Assembly: GCA_012523545.1 (NCBI GenBank)
Contig: JAAYIH010000049.1
Coordinates: 43,841 to 107,840, forward strand
Length of the DNA stretch: 64,000 nucleotides
Direction: 5' to 3'
Source: Bacillota bacterium
Lineage (GTDB): Bacteria; Bacillota; Proteinivoracia; UBA4975
The stretch's first letter is position 1. Each line of letters begins with the position of its first letter. The notes under the pieces are model-generated. The model was not told the DNA's origin, did not search any database, and saw only the letters and a program-made list of their open reading frames with translations. Both the position numbers and the translations under genes were made by a program. Below, in pieces: positions 49,295 through 61,312 of this stretch.

Positions 49295-49627
49295 GTGATG
49301 ATCACAGTAAAGGTTTTCCGGGACGGCAAGGCAATTTTGGGGCTGGATATTTCGGGGCATTCCGATTACCGGCCCAGGGGTTCAGATATTGTGTGTGCCG
49401 CTGTTTCTGCCCTGGGGCAAACTGCAGTTTTGGCCCTGAAGGAAGTGGCGGGCATAGATGCGGACTTTATATGCCGGGACGGGCATTTGCAGTGCCTGCT
49501 TCCCCACGAGCTGGACCCCGGGTCATTTGCGACAGCGCAATTGATCTTCCAGACCATTCTTTCCGGAATTGAAAATATTGCCCGGCACTATGCCCGGCAT
49601 GTGAAGCTGACAGATGAGGAGGTGTAA
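49295..49627 (+). CDS. prp: ribosomal-processing cysteine protease Prp
   Basis: About 110 aa, lying between rplU and rpmA. The conserved His (GHSDY) and Cys (DIVCAAVS) residues are present. Confidence 0.85.
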   Translation: MMITVKVFRDGKAILGLDISGHSDYRPRGSDIVCAAVSALGQTAVLALKEVAGIDADFICRDGHLQCLLPHELDPGSFATAQLIFQTILSGIENIARHYARHVKLTDEEV

Positions 49628-49630
49628 ATT

Positions 49631-49930
49631 ATGTTTAAGATAGACTTGCAACTGTTTGCTTCCAAAAAAGGAGTCGGAAGTTCCAAGAACGGCAGGGATT
49701 CCATTTCCAAGCGCCTGGGAGTGAAGCGGCAATCGGGACAGTTTGTCACCGCCGGATCGATCCTGGTGAGACAGCGCGGAACCAAAATCCATCCGGGCCA
49801 TAACGTCGGCATTGGCGGCGACGATACTTTGTTTGCCAAAATAGACGGCATCGTTGCTTTCGAAGGCAACGGCGCCAGGGGCCGCAAAAGAGTCAGTGTA
49901 TATCCTGTTGCTGATGAAGCTGCAATTTAG
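49631..49930 (+). CDS. rpmA: 50S ribosomal protein L27 (with cleavable N-terminal extension)
   Basis: [14 protein letters not shown] pro-peptide followed by the L27 core. Confidence 0.95.
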   Translation: MFKIDLQLFASKKGVGSSKNGRDSISKRLGVKRQSGQFVTAGSILVRQRGTKIHPGHNVGIGGDDTLFAKIDGIVAFEGNGARGRKRVSVYPVADEAAI

Positions 49931-51872
<1,942 letters not shown>

Positions 51873-51893
51873 TGACGACAGGGGGGATATAAG

Positions 51894-53087
51894 TTGAGTT
51901 ATTATGTGCGCAGGCCTTACCGGTTTAAACGGAACAAGAGAAATGGCCTCAAAAAAGCCGGCTCATTGTTGCTTTTAACGGCATTTATCCTCCTGGTTTT
52001 TGTATCGGTAAGGTATTTTTCCCTTTTTAAAGCGTTACAGGGCTCGGCTGCGCCCTCGATTTGGCGCGAAGACGACAGGATGCAGTTTTTGTTGGCGGGA
52101 AAACTTGACAATACCTTGATAAGTTGTTCACTGCTGAGCATCCCCGCCGCCGAAGAGGACGGCGTACAAGTTATCATCATTCCGCCGGAAGTATTGCTGA
52201 CAGGTCCGGAAAATGAAACCCTTACCTTTGCGGAGATTTTCACCCGGTACGGAAACGGGGAAGCAATTGCAAGCCTCAACCGCTTTTTTGCCAGCCGGCT
52301 GAACATAGATCACTATGTTATCTACGATGCATCCGGAATTGAGGCTATTCTCAACGAAGTGGAGGCAGTGGAGATTCACCTGCCCCTGGGTTTGCAGGTG
52401 CGTTACGAAAATACCGATTACGTTTTTGCCGAGGGAAAAAACATAATCACTGCTGATAATCTCATACCCCTGGTTTCCGCTGAGTTTTCCCGGGACGGCG
52501 CATGCTTCTGGGCGGAAAAATCCCTCCTGGTACAGTTGTTTAATCAGCTCTTCAGCATGAAACATGTCGGCTACTATTTGACCAACCTGAAACAAATTTC
52601 CAGGACCTATGAGACCAGTATGAATTCCCGCCAACTGGCCAGGTTCCGGGATACCCTGCAGGCTATGCAGTGGGACAGCACCAGCTTGCTGGGTTTGCCC
52701 GGTCGCTGGGTCAGCACCGGCGAGGCACGGGTGTGGAGCTGTGAGCCCGCTGCGGCGGCGTTGCTTGCACAGCAGATTGCTGAAAATGTTCCCGGTTATG
52801 AGCGCAACAAGTTGGTAGTTGACTTATTCAATGGCAACGGAGTCGACGGGTTTGCCGCCGCGACGGCGGCACAGCTTAAAAAAGCCGGGTACAATATTGG
52901 TTTGGTTACCAATGCCAAAGAAGTGAACATTACAGAGATTTATTACCAAGCCGAGTACAAATTGGCCGCACTGGAAATTGCAGTATTTCTGGAAACCGAT
53001 GCCGTCCTCATCGAGGGGCATTTTCCGGCCAGCGACAACCCGGTGGCGGTTGTCCTCGGCAAAGATTTGATTGGAGGTAGTGAATGA
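51894..53087 (+). CDS. LytR-CpsA-Psr (LCP) family protein with LytR_C domain
   Basis: N-terminal TM helix, an LCP domain, and a C-terminal LytR_C-like region (DLFNGNGVDGFAA). Confidence 0.75.
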   Translation: MSYYVRRPYRFKRNKRNGLKKAGSLLLLTAFILLVFVSVRYFSLFKALQGSAAPSIWREDDRMQFLLAGKLDNTLISCSLLSIPAAEEDGVQVIIIPPEVLLTGPENETLTFAEIFTRYGNGEAIASLNRFFASRLNIDHYVIYDASGIEAILNEVEAVEIHLPLGLQVRYENTDYVFAEGKNIITADNLIPLVSAEFSRDGACFWAEKSLLVQLFNQLFSMKHVGYYLTNLKQISRTYETSMNSRQLARFRDTLQAMQWDSTSLLGLPGRWVSTGEARVWSCEPAAAALLAQQIAENVPGYERNKLVVDLFNGNGVDGFAAATAAQLKKAGYNIGLVTNAKEVNITEIYYQAEYKLAALEIAVFLETDAVLIEGHFPASDNPVAVVLGKDLIGGSE

Positions 53088-53407
53088 AAAGCAAAAATGC
53101 CGCTGAGCTGGCTGCCCGGGCAGCCGAGGCCAAAAAAGCACAAGATGTTCTGATTCTGGATATTCGCGCCGCTTCTTCTTTTGCCGACTTCTTTGTTTTG
53201 GCTACAGGACTCAACAAAATACACGCCCAGGCGGTGGCGGACCATATTGAGGAAACCCTGGCTACAGCCGGTATTTTGCCGTACAGCAAACAAGGCTACC
53301 AGGAAGGAGACTGGGTCCTGCTGGATTACCTGGATTTTGTCGTGCACATCTTCATCGAACAGGCCAGGGAATACTACCAATTGGAGCGGTTATGGCGGCG
53401 GGATTGA
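53084..53407 (+). CDS. rsfS: ribosomal silencing factor RsfS (Iojap)
   Basis: Iojap family, about 107 aa, at the conserved position after nadD. Confidence 0.88.
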   Translation: MKSKNAAELAARAAEAKKAQDVLILDIRAASSFADFFVLATGLNKIHAQAVADHIEETLATAGILPYSKQGYQEGDWVLLDYLDFVVHIFIEQAREYYQLERLWRRD

Positions 53408-54135
53408 CGGGCTATGAGTCCCTGGCCCGGTATTACGATGTCTTGATGGCCGACGTGCCTTACCGGCGGTGGATAAAATTTATCGACAGTTTTGCGCGCC
53501 GTACCGGGAAGAGAAGGGCGCGCATTCTGGATGCCGGCTGCGGCACAGGCACTGTGGCCGTGGGGCTGGCCCGGAGGGGCCACCGGGTTACTGCCTTTGA
53601 CCAGTCTGCGGAAATGCTGGCCCTGGCCGATGCCAAAGCGCGCCGGGCAAAGGTGGATTTGCTGTTGTTGCAGTGCGATTTCAACCTTTGGGCGGGGCAA
53701 TATGACGTGATTATTTCAACTTGCGACGGCATTAATCACATCCTGTCGGTGCAGGAGCTGGTAAATTTTTTCCGCAAAGCCAGTTCCGGCTTGAGCAGGG
53801 GCGGGTTCCTGCTCTTTGACGTCAACAGCCCGTACAAATTTGCCAGGGTGCTGGCAGACAATGTCTTTTATTGGCAGGTTTCCGGTTTGCATGTGGTTTG
53901 GACCAACCGGTATCAATACCCCTATAATACGGCAATACTCAACATTTTTGCCCAAACTGAACCGGGCGTTTTTACGCATGCAAAAACTGAAGTAATTGAA
54001 CGTTGCTATAAACCTGCAACGCTGGTAAACTATTTAAGGAAGAGCGGTTTTAAACGCGTCTGCTTGTTTGACAATTACAAGGGCCCGTTAAGGTCTGCCC
54101 GCACAGACAGGATTACCGTCGTAGCTCAAAAATGA
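53392..54135 (+). CDS. class I SAM-dependent methyltransferase
   Basis: SAM-binding motif ILDAGCGTG. Confidence 0.8.
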   Translation: MAAGLTGYESLARYYDVLMADVPYRRWIKFIDSFARRTGKRRARILDAGCGTGTVAVGLARRGHRVTAFDQSAEMLALADAKARRAKVDLLLLQCDFNLWAGQYDVIISTCDGINHILSVQELVNFFRKASSGLSRGGFLLFDVNSPYKFARVLADNVFYWQVSGLHVVWTNRYQYPYNTAILNIFAQTEPGVFTHAKTEVIERCYKPATLVNYLRKSGFKRVCLFDNYKGPLRSARTDRITVVAQK

Positions 54136-54150
54136 AGGAGGGAAGAAAGA

Positions 54151-54339
54151 GTGAAATTTACCAAGGAGATGACTATTAAGGAAGCCCTGGAATTAAACCC
54201 CAAAAGCGCGGATATTTTTTTCAGCTTTGGGATGCACTGCATAGGTTGCCCCACCGCCTCCGGGGAATCCATCGAGGAAGCAGCCATGGCGCATGGTATT
54301 AACGTCGACTTGTTGCTGGAGAAACTCAACGCCCTGTAA
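54151..54339 (+). CDS. DUF1858-type small redox-disulfide (CxxC) protein
   Basis: 62 aa with HCIGCPTA. GTG follows a GGAGGGAAG RBS. Confidence 0.65.
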   Translation: MKFTKEMTIKEALELNPKSADIFFSFGMHCIGCPTASGESIEEAAMAHGINVDLLLEKLNAL

Positions 54340-54342
54340 AAA

Positions 54343-54367
54343 AGCGCATTTGCGCTTTTTTTATGCA
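54343..54367 (+). terminator. intrinsic terminator
   Basis: AAAGCGCA-ttt-TGCGCTTT hairpin followed by TTTTT. Confidence 0.8.
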
Positions 54368-54425
54368 GGAATAAGTCAAAATATGCAGAATATATTCCTG
54401 TATGAATGGGGAAAGGGTGAGTTTC

Positions 54426-54953
54426 GTGGGCGTCAAGGCCAGGGATTTTGTTTTCGTACTGACGCTGGCCCTGTTGATAGCTTGCCTGGGAATGTTCAGC
54501 TTTGTGCGCACCAGGTGCCAACCGCCCGAGCAAACAGTGCCTGAACCATACAGCATTTTGGTGCACGTTTCCGGCTGTGTCCGCAACCCCGGCGTATACC
54601 AGTTGCCGGCCAACAGCAGGGTAGCGGATGCCATTGCCGCCGCCGGCGGAGAACTTGCCGAAGCGGATATAAACAGGTTGAATTTGGCTGCCTTTGTTAG
54701 CGACGGGCAAAAAATAAATGTCCCGGCGCAGGCAAAACCGGGCGAATCGGGCCTGATAAACGGTCTGGTAAACATCAACACCGCCGACCAAAAGACTTTG
54801 GAAACGCTGCCCAACATCGGCCCAACCCGGGCCAGGAGAATCATCGAGTACCGGGAAGCCCACGGCGGCTTTGGTTCCTGCGAAGAAATTCTCAATGTCA
54901 GCGGCATCGGCCCCAAAATTTACGAAAGCATTAAGGAATTGATTACTTACTAA
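54426..54953 (+). CDS. comEA: competence protein ComEA (SLBB + tandem HhH DNA-binding)
   Basis: C-terminal VNINTADQKTLETLPNIGPTRARRIIEYRE HhH motif. GTG is 5 nt after AAAGGGTGA. The track ORF begins at 54402. Confidence 0.85.
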   Translation: MGVKARDFVFVLTLALLIACLGMFSFVRTRCQPPEQTVPEPYSILVHVSGCVRNPGVYQLPANSRVADAIAAAGGELAEADINRLNLAAFVSDGQKINVPAQAKPGESGLINGLVNINTADQKTLETLPNIGPTRARRIIEYREAHGGFGSCEEILNVSGIGPKIYESIKELITY

Positions 54954-54957
54954 AAAA

Positions 54958-54975
54958 AGACTCCCGCAGGAGTCT
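54958..54975. terminator. bidirectional terminator between comEA (+) and sleB-like gene (-)
   Basis: AGACTCC-cgca-GGAGTCT hairpin with an A-run on the 5' side (a T-run when read on the minus strand) and CTTTAAT on the 3' side. Confidence 0.7.
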
Positions 54976-54981
54976 CTTTAA

Positions 54982-55737
54982 TCAGCGGGCGAAGACGTGC
55001 CGCCCGATGGATGTTATTATGGGCCGGCTCCTGATCCACTGATTGGTGGCAGTAACCGGATTGTAATAAAACAGCGCGCCGCCGCTGGGGTCGGAGCCGG
55101 CGAGAGCTTCATCCGCTGCGGCAAAAGCAGTTTGGTTCGGGGGCAACCAAAACTGACCGTCATGAACGGCGGTGATTGCCCAGGGCTCGAAAATTACGCC
55201 GCTGATTGTGTTGGGAAAATCCGGGTGCCTGACGCGGTTGAGGATTACAGCAGCAACTGCCACCTGGCCCAGAAACGGCTCGCCGCGTGCTTCGCTGTAA
55301 ACTGCCCTGGCCAGCAGTTCCCGTTCGTATTCCGACACTGTTAGCCGTTGGACGCCGGAAGCCGGGGCAGGAGCGGGAACGGTCAGCTTCTGGCCGACAA
55401 AAATCAGGCTGCCGGTCAGGCCGTTGGCCTTCATGATGGCCTCAACGCTTGTCCCGTACTGCCGTGCCAGCAAATACAGGGTGTCTCCCCTTTTAACGGT
55501 GTGCAGGGCGGGAAGCTCCAAGTATTGTCCGGCCAGAATCAAGTCACTGCTCAGACCGTTGGTCAGTTGAATCCCAACAACGGTAACGCCATAACGCTGG
55601 GATATTTTCCAGAGGCTGTCGCCGGGCTGGACACGGTAAGCTTGTCCGTACGCCGGCGACCAGACAGCGAGGGCCAGACTGATACCCAGGGCCAGAGCCA
55701 GCACTGCAAGTATTTTCCGTAATCTGGAGAAAAGCAT
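54982..55737 (-). CDS. cell wall hydrolase (SleB/CwlJ Hydrolase_2 family) with two LysM domains
   Basis: Signal peptide, two LysM repeats (YRVQPGDSLWKISQRYG and HTVKRGDTLYLLARQYG), and a C-terminal SleB-type catalytic domain. Confidence 0.85.
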   Translation of the reverse strand: MLFSRLRKILAVLALALGISLALAVWSPAYGQAYRVQPGDSLWKISQRYGVTVVGIQLTNGLSSDLILAGQYLELPALHTVKRGDTLYLLARQYGTSVEAIMKANGLTGSLIFVGQKLTVPAPAPASGVQRLTVSEYERELLARAVYSEARGEPFLGQVAVAAVILNRVRHPDFPNTISGVIFEPWAITAVHDGQFWLPPNQTAFAAADEALAGSDPSGGALFYYNPVTATNQWIRSRPIITSIGRHVFAR

Positions 55738-55881
55738 AGTGTCACCATCCCTGATTCAGTAAGTATTGTTTGCATAAGTATATATAATGTTGTCAATGCC
55801 GACAAACGATAAAATCAGGCGTGGCAGGGCGACAGCCTGTCCCGGCTTGTTTTATGTTAACTATACGGCATGTTGGCTTAA

Positions 55882-56460
<579 letters not shown>

Positions 56461-56466
56461 AGCACT

Positions 56467-58620
56467 ATGCTTGGCGGGCTGCTTTTTGGTTTGACGGCGG
56501 GAATCCTCTGTGCTGACCTGTTCCCCCGTGTCGCATTCACCGGCCTGGCACTGGCCGCTGGCATCTGTATGTTTCGGCGCGCTCCCCGGTTGCTCATCGT
56601 CTTTGCCTGTTTTTTTTGCCTGGGCTTTGCCCTGACCGTTTTGCGCTTTAATATGTTGCCCAAACCGGTCTATGGCGAAGAAATAACTGTGACTGTTGCC
56701 AGCCGCCGGCTGACGAAGCAAGGCGACGGGTATTGTGCGTGGCAGGGGACCATTATAGAGCCTCGTCAACTGGCCGGCGCAACGGTGCAGGTTTATGCCG
56801 ATACCTACCGGCCGGGGACCTATACCTTGTCCGGGCCGCTGTTGCCGCCTGTCGAGTACAGAAACCCCGGGCAGGGCTGGCATTACAAGCGGAAAATATG
56901 CGCAAATGAAATCGGCATACTGCGCTGGCCCCGGGTAATTCATTTTGCCGGGCATGTCCCCGGAGTATTGAGCAGGGTGCGCGCATCTTTTCGGGACAAT
57001 GTACAGGCCAACCTGGGAGACAGGGACAGTGCAGCTCTGGCTCTGGCCATTGTATTGGGAGATCGCAGCCTCTTGCCGGAATCGCTGGGCAGCGCATTGT
57101 ATCGCACCGGGGTTGGCCATATTATGGCTTTGTCCGGTTTGCACGTCAGTATTTTGGCAGGTATAATTATGACATTATTAAGGATTGCAGGCCTGCCCCG
57201 CCCGTGGGCTGTTGCCCTGTGTGCGGTTCTGCTCATTTTGTTTGTTATTTTCGCAGGGCCTTCGCCCTCACTTCTCCGGGCGGTTTTGATGTATTTTTAC
57301 GGCGCCATCGCCGTTTTTGCCGGGCGTGAGCGGCAAGGCCTGACCGCCTTGCTGTGGACGGCGGCGGCAATGTTGCTGTTCAATCCGCTTTGGCTGTTTG
57401 ATTATGCCTTTGTCTATTCCTTTTGGGCTACCTTCATTTGTTTGACTTTGGGCGATCGCCTGGAGAAGCACCTGGGCTTTTTGCCTGAAAAGGTTGCAAA
57501 AATAGCCTCCCTGTCTGTGCTCATTCAGCTGACAGCTTTGCCCCTGAACGTTTACCTTTTTGGGCAGGTCGCGCTGTGGAGTCCCCTGGCCAACATTGTG
57601 ATAATCCCTTTGCTGCCGGTATTGGCAGGCCTGGCCATGTTGGCGGGACTGCCTGGCCCGGTCGGCGCCGCAACTGCCTTGCCGGGCAAGCTGCTTTTTA
57701 AGGGTACTGCTGAGTTTTTTCTGTTGCTCAACCAATTCCCCCTGGTCCTCGAGGTCGGAGGATTGCACATGCTCTTGCTTGCCGGCTTGAGCGTTTCGGT
57801 TTTGGTTTGGCTGCGGACCGGAAACAGAAGGTACCTGGTGCTGTGCATGGCCGGTTTGCTGGCGGTATACTCGTTGCTTTGCGCCGTCGACAGCCAGGTT
57901 TGCCGTGCCTGGTTCCTGGATGTGGGCCAGGGCGATGCCATACTCATCCGTCAGCAGGGCAAATGGATACTGGTGGATTGCGGGGATGCCCGGGCCGGGG
58001 AAAGCGCTGTGGTGCCGACGCTAAAATTCCTCGGCGTAAGACAAATTGACGCCCTAATCATTTCCCACCCCCATGCCGACCACTGCGGAGGGTTGGAGGC
58101 ATTAGCTGCCGCAATTCGGGTAGACAAGGTCTTCGTCAACAGTTGTTTTGTTGACTCACCCTGGCATGAACTGTTTCCCCGGGCGGAAGTGGTCAGGACT
58201 CCCCGGGTGGCTGGACCCGGAATCACAGTACTGCCTCCCGTTGCCGGAACTGCCGGCCTCAATGACAATTCGCTGCTGGTCTCGGTGCGCAGGAACGGCA
58301 TTGGCATTTTGTGTACCGGAGACATCGAAGAGGTCGGCGAGCTGTTGCATTTGTCCCATCTGACGCCGCACAGCATTTTGAAAGTACCCCACCACGGCAG
58401 TGATTCCTCGACCTCTGCCCGTTTACTGGCTCAAACTCAGCCCCGGGCAGCCGTCGTCAGCTGCGGCCCGGCCAACAAATTCGGTTTTCCCAAACCGGCA
58501 GTGCTGGAGCGGCTGGAGGCCCATGGGATTGATATCTATCGAACCGATACAGCAGGTTGCGTGCAGGCAATTATTTGGCCCTGGTCCGAATTTACAATAC
58601 ATACTTTTGCGGGGAGATAA
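56467..58620 (+). CDS. comEC: DNA internalization competence protein ComEC/Rec2
   Basis: Polytopic competence domain plus a C-terminal metallo-beta-lactamase domain (HPHADHCGG). Confidence 0.9.
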   Translation: MLGGLLFGLTAGILCADLFPRVAFTGLALAAGICMFRRAPRLLIVFACFFCLGFALTVLRFNMLPKPVYGEEITVTVASRRLTKQGDGYCAWQGTIIEPRQLAGATVQVYADTYRPGTYTLSGPLLPPVEYRNPGQGWHYKRKICANEIGILRWPRVIHFAGHVPGVLSRVRASFRDNVQANLGDRDSAALALAIVLGDRSLLPESLGSALYRTGVGHIMALSGLHVSILAGIIMTLLRIAGLPRPWAVALCAVLLILFVIFAGPSPSLLRAVLMYFYGAIAVFAGRERQGLTALLWTAAAMLLFNPLWLFDYAFVYSFWATFICLTLGDRLEKHLGFLPEKVAKIASLSVLIQLTALPLNVYLFGQVALWSPLANIVIIPLLPVLAGLAMLAGLPGPVGAATALPGKLLFKGTAEFFLLLNQFPLVLEVGGLHMLLLAGLSVSVLVWLRTGNRRYLVLCMAGLLAVYSLLCAVDSQVCRAWFLDVGQGDAILIRQQGKWILVDCGDARAGESAVVPTLKFLGVRQIDALIISHPHADHCGGLEALAAAIRVDKVFVNSCFVDSPWHELFPRAEVVRTPRVAGPGITVLPPVAGTAGLNDNSLLVSVRRNGIGILCTGDIEEVGELLHLSHLTPHSILKVPHHGSDSSTSARLLAQTQPRAAVVSCGPANKFGFPKPAVLERLEAHGIDIYRTDTAGCVQAIIWPWSEFTIHTFAGR

Positions 58621-58621
58621 T

Positions 58622-59545
58622 ATGGCTTTGAACTACTTCATTATCGGCGAAGAAGAGTTGCTGGTCCGGGATGCCATCAGCGAAATCTGTTCCCAACACC
58701 AAAGCAACGGCGCCTGGGATCGGGAAAGAGTAAATTCGTGGTCGGAGCTGCGCAACAAACTGGCGACCCAGGCCATGTTTGCCGAGCGCAGAGTATTTAT
58801 CGCCGACTATGCGGCGTTATGCGAATCTGACCCCAATCCCCGGGACATGGAAGATATTTTAGCCGGTCACCCCAATATCCTGATTGTATACGCCCTGGAG
58901 AAACCGGACCGGCGTGTAAAGGCGTACAAGTTGCTGGCGCAGGTTGCTGCCGTAAGGGAGATTTCCGCTCCCCGGGGTGGAGAACTGATCCGCTGGGTGA
59001 TGGACAGGGCCAGCCAACTGGGCGCCGGCATCGACCGCAAGGCGGCGCAGGAATTGATCTATTTGGCCGGTACCAACCTGCTTGCCCTGGAAAACGAGCT
59101 GAAAAAGCTGCTGAACTACAGCACCGAGATAACTGTGCATAATGTTCGCCTGCTGGCGACCAGGGCCATGCATGCAACCATTTTTGACCTGGTGGATGCA
59201 GTGGTCCAAGGTCAAGGGGCCAGGGCTTTGTACTTGGTGGAGGACCTTTTTCGCAGCGGAGCCGCCGAACCGTATATTTTGCATATGCTGGCGCGGCAAT
59301 ACCGGCTGCTGTTCAGGCTGCAGATGTACAGGCAAAAGGGGTACTCCGATGCTGAAATCCAGAAAATGATGCCCATGCACCCCTACGCTTTTCAGAGATT
59401 GTGTCAACAGGCAGGACAGGCGGGCCTGGCGTACTGTGCCCGGTCAATCCATGCCCTTGCCGAAGCAGATTGGAATTATAAAACCGGTGCCCGGCAGGGG
59501 CTGAGCCTGTTGCAGCCGCTGATAGTTAAAATAGCAAAAAAATAA
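58622..59545 (+). CDS. holA: DNA polymerase III subunit delta
   Basis: HolA family; the comEC-holA order is conserved. ATG follows GGGGAGATAA. Confidence 0.85.
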   Translation: MALNYFIIGEEELLVRDAISEICSQHQSNGAWDRERVNSWSELRNKLATQAMFAERRVFIADYAALCESDPNPRDMEDILAGHPNILIVYALEKPDRRVKAYKLLAQVAAVREISAPRGGELIRWVMDRASQLGAGIDRKAAQELIYLAGTNLLALENELKKLLNYSTEITVHNVRLLATRAMHATIFDLVDAVVQGQGARALYLVEDLFRSGAAEPYILHMLARQYRLLFRLQMYRQKGYSDAEIQKMMPMHPYAFQRLCQQAGQAGLAYCARSIHALAEADWNYKTGARQGLSLLQPLIVKIAKK

Positions 59546-59567
59546 ATCCCGTCAGGCGGGATTTTTT
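59544..59567. terminator. bidirectional terminator shared by holA (+) and rpsT (-)
   Basis: ATCCCG-tcagg-CGGGAT hairpin flanked by an A-run on the 5' side and a T-run on the 3' side. The rpsT stop codon lies inside the loop. Confidence 0.75.
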
Positions 59568-59815
59568 AATTTCGCAGCCAACCGGGATTTTCTGCGGGCC
59601 GCGTTGTTTTTATGGATGATACCTTTGTTGGCGGCTTTGTCCAGCAGAGAAGAAATCTTGGCATAGAGCAGGCGAGCGCTGTCGTTATCGCCTTGCGCAA
59701 CAGCGTCTTTAAATTTGCGGATATATGTTTTTATGGCAGACTTGGCGCTTCTGTTCCGCGCGCGTCTGATGGCGCTGGTCCTGGCTCGCTTTAGCGCAGA
59801 TTTGGTATTGGGCAT
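59552..59815 (-). CDS. rpsT: 30S ribosomal protein S20
   Basis: [26 protein letters not shown]... Confidence 0.95.
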   Translation of the reverse strand: MPNTKSALKRARTSAIRRARNRSAKSAIKTYIRKFKDAVAQGDNDSARLLYAKISSLLDKAANKGIIHKNNAARRKSRLAAKLKNPA

Positions 59816-59850
59816 TGAAACACCTCCTTATGCCAAACTAGCAACATTAG

Positions 59851-59879
59851 GATTTTACCATGGGTTTATTTTAATTGCA
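59851..59879 (-). promoter_or_regulatory. sigma-A-type promoter for rpsT (TTGCAA-17-TAAAAT on minus strand)
   Basis: Reverse complement of 59851-59879 reads ccTTGCAAttaaaataaacccatggTAAAATcc. Confidence 0.55.
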
Positions 59880-59936
59880 AGGTTGCTGCGGTATGATTTT
59901 GTCATTTTCGGTTAATCTATAGGCAAAAGGAGGTAT

Positions 59937-60269
59937 ATGATTATGCTCAGAACAGTAGTTCGTTTTATAGTTTCCGCTTTGGTGTTAATGTTCGTCGGCT
60001 TTCTGGTGCCGGGATTCGGGCCCATTGGCTTTGTCAATGCCCTTATTGCCGCTGTGGTGATAAGCGTGCTGGGCTATTTAATTGAATCCCTGCTCGGCAA
60101 GAACGTATCTCCTCAGGCCAGAGGCATAGTAGGGTTTATAACCGCAGCTGTGGTAATATACCTGGCGCAATTCATAGTGCCGGCTCTCAAGGTCACGGTC
60201 CTGGGCGCATTGATTGCATCGCTGGTAATCGGAATCATCGACCTTTTTGTGCCCACAGAATTGCGTTGA
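59937..60269 (+). CDS. DUF360 / phage-holin-4-like small membrane protein
   Basis: 110 aa with 4 TM helices. ATG follows AAAGGAGG. Confidence 0.65.
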   Translation: MIMLRTVVRFIVSALVLMFVGFLVPGFGPIGFVNALIAAVVISVLGYLIESLLGKNVSPQARGIVGFITAAVVIYLAQFIVPALKVTVLGALIASLVIGIIDLFVPTELR

Positions 60270-60284
60270 GGGGATCAATCCAAA

Positions 60285-61253
60285 TTGGTCCGTACTGACT
60301 TAATTATTGAAGCCCACGAAGTACTGTTACAAACCAGCCGGCTTCAGGAAATTGAGGGAATTAAGAGCTTCCATGAGTCCAGCGACGGCATAGACGTGTC
60401 GTTAATTGAAATTGTGACTCCCGAAGCCGCCCAAAAAATTGGCAAGTCACCGGGCAAGTATATCACAATTGAAGCGCCCGGTTTGCGGGATAAAAACAGC
60501 GAGCTGGAAGAACGCCTGGCCGCTGTGGTGTGCAGGCAGTTGCAACGCCTCCTGCACCTGGCCGACGATGCCACCATCCTGGTTGTGGGGCTGGGCAATT
60601 GGAATGTAACTCCCGATTCCCTTGGTCCCAGCGTGGTGGAAGCCCTTTACGTAACCAGGCACATTAAAGCCATGCATCCTGACAAAATCGGCCCCGGGTT
60701 CAGAAACGTCTGTGCTATCGCGCCGGGAGTTTTGGGGCTGACCGGGATAGAAACCGGTGAAATTATCTTTGGCATAGTACAGCGCCTCAAGCCGGATTTG
60801 GTCATTGCCATCGATGCTTTGGCTGCCAGGAGCCTGCACCGCCTGAATACCACCATTCAAATATCTGACACCGGGATTTACCCCGGTTCAGGTGTCGGCA
60901 GCCGCGGTCAAGGCATAACACCGCAAACGCTGGGCATTCCTGTGTTGGCCATCGGCGTTCCCACCGTTGTCGACGCCGCCACTTTGGCCAACGATGTGCT
61001 GGAACTGGTAGTTAAAGCCGTTCACAAACAGGCGGGCGTTGGAAGCGATGTCAGTCAGTTGTTGTCGCTCTTTGAGGAATTGGAAAGTACCGATAAGAAA
61101 CAATTGATCCGGGAAGTTCTCAATCCCGAAGTGGGGATGCTGATGGTGACTCCCAAAGAGGTCGACCGCCTGCTCAACGATATCTCGGGAGTTTTGGCCA
61201 ATGGCTTGAATGCGGCCCTGCATCCGCGGGTTGCGGCCGAATTTTTCCATTGA
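60285..61253 (+). CDS. gpr: germination protease GPR
   Basis: GPR endopeptidase family (LVVGLGNWNVTPDSLGP). The rpsT-gpr-spoIIP synteny matches Bacillus. Confidence 0.88.
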   Translation: MVRTDLIIEAHEVLLQTSRLQEIEGIKSFHESSDGIDVSLIEIVTPEAAQKIGKSPGKYITIEAPGLRDKNSELEERLAAVVCRQLQRLLHLADDATILVVGLGNWNVTPDSLGPSVVEALYVTRHIKAMHPDKIGPGFRNVCAIAPGVLGLTGIETGEIIFGIVQRLKPDLVIAIDALAARSLHRLNTTIQISDTGIYPGSGVGSRGQGITPQTLGIPVLAIGVPTVVDAATLANDVLELVVKAVHKQAGVGSDVSQLLSLFEELESTDKKQLIREVLNPEVGMLMVTPKEVDRLLNDISGVLANGLNAALHPRVAAEFFH

Positions 61254-61312
61254 CGGAGATTGAGGCATTTTCACGCCCCCCTTGCACATAAGATGTAAGG
61301 GGGTGATTGTCT

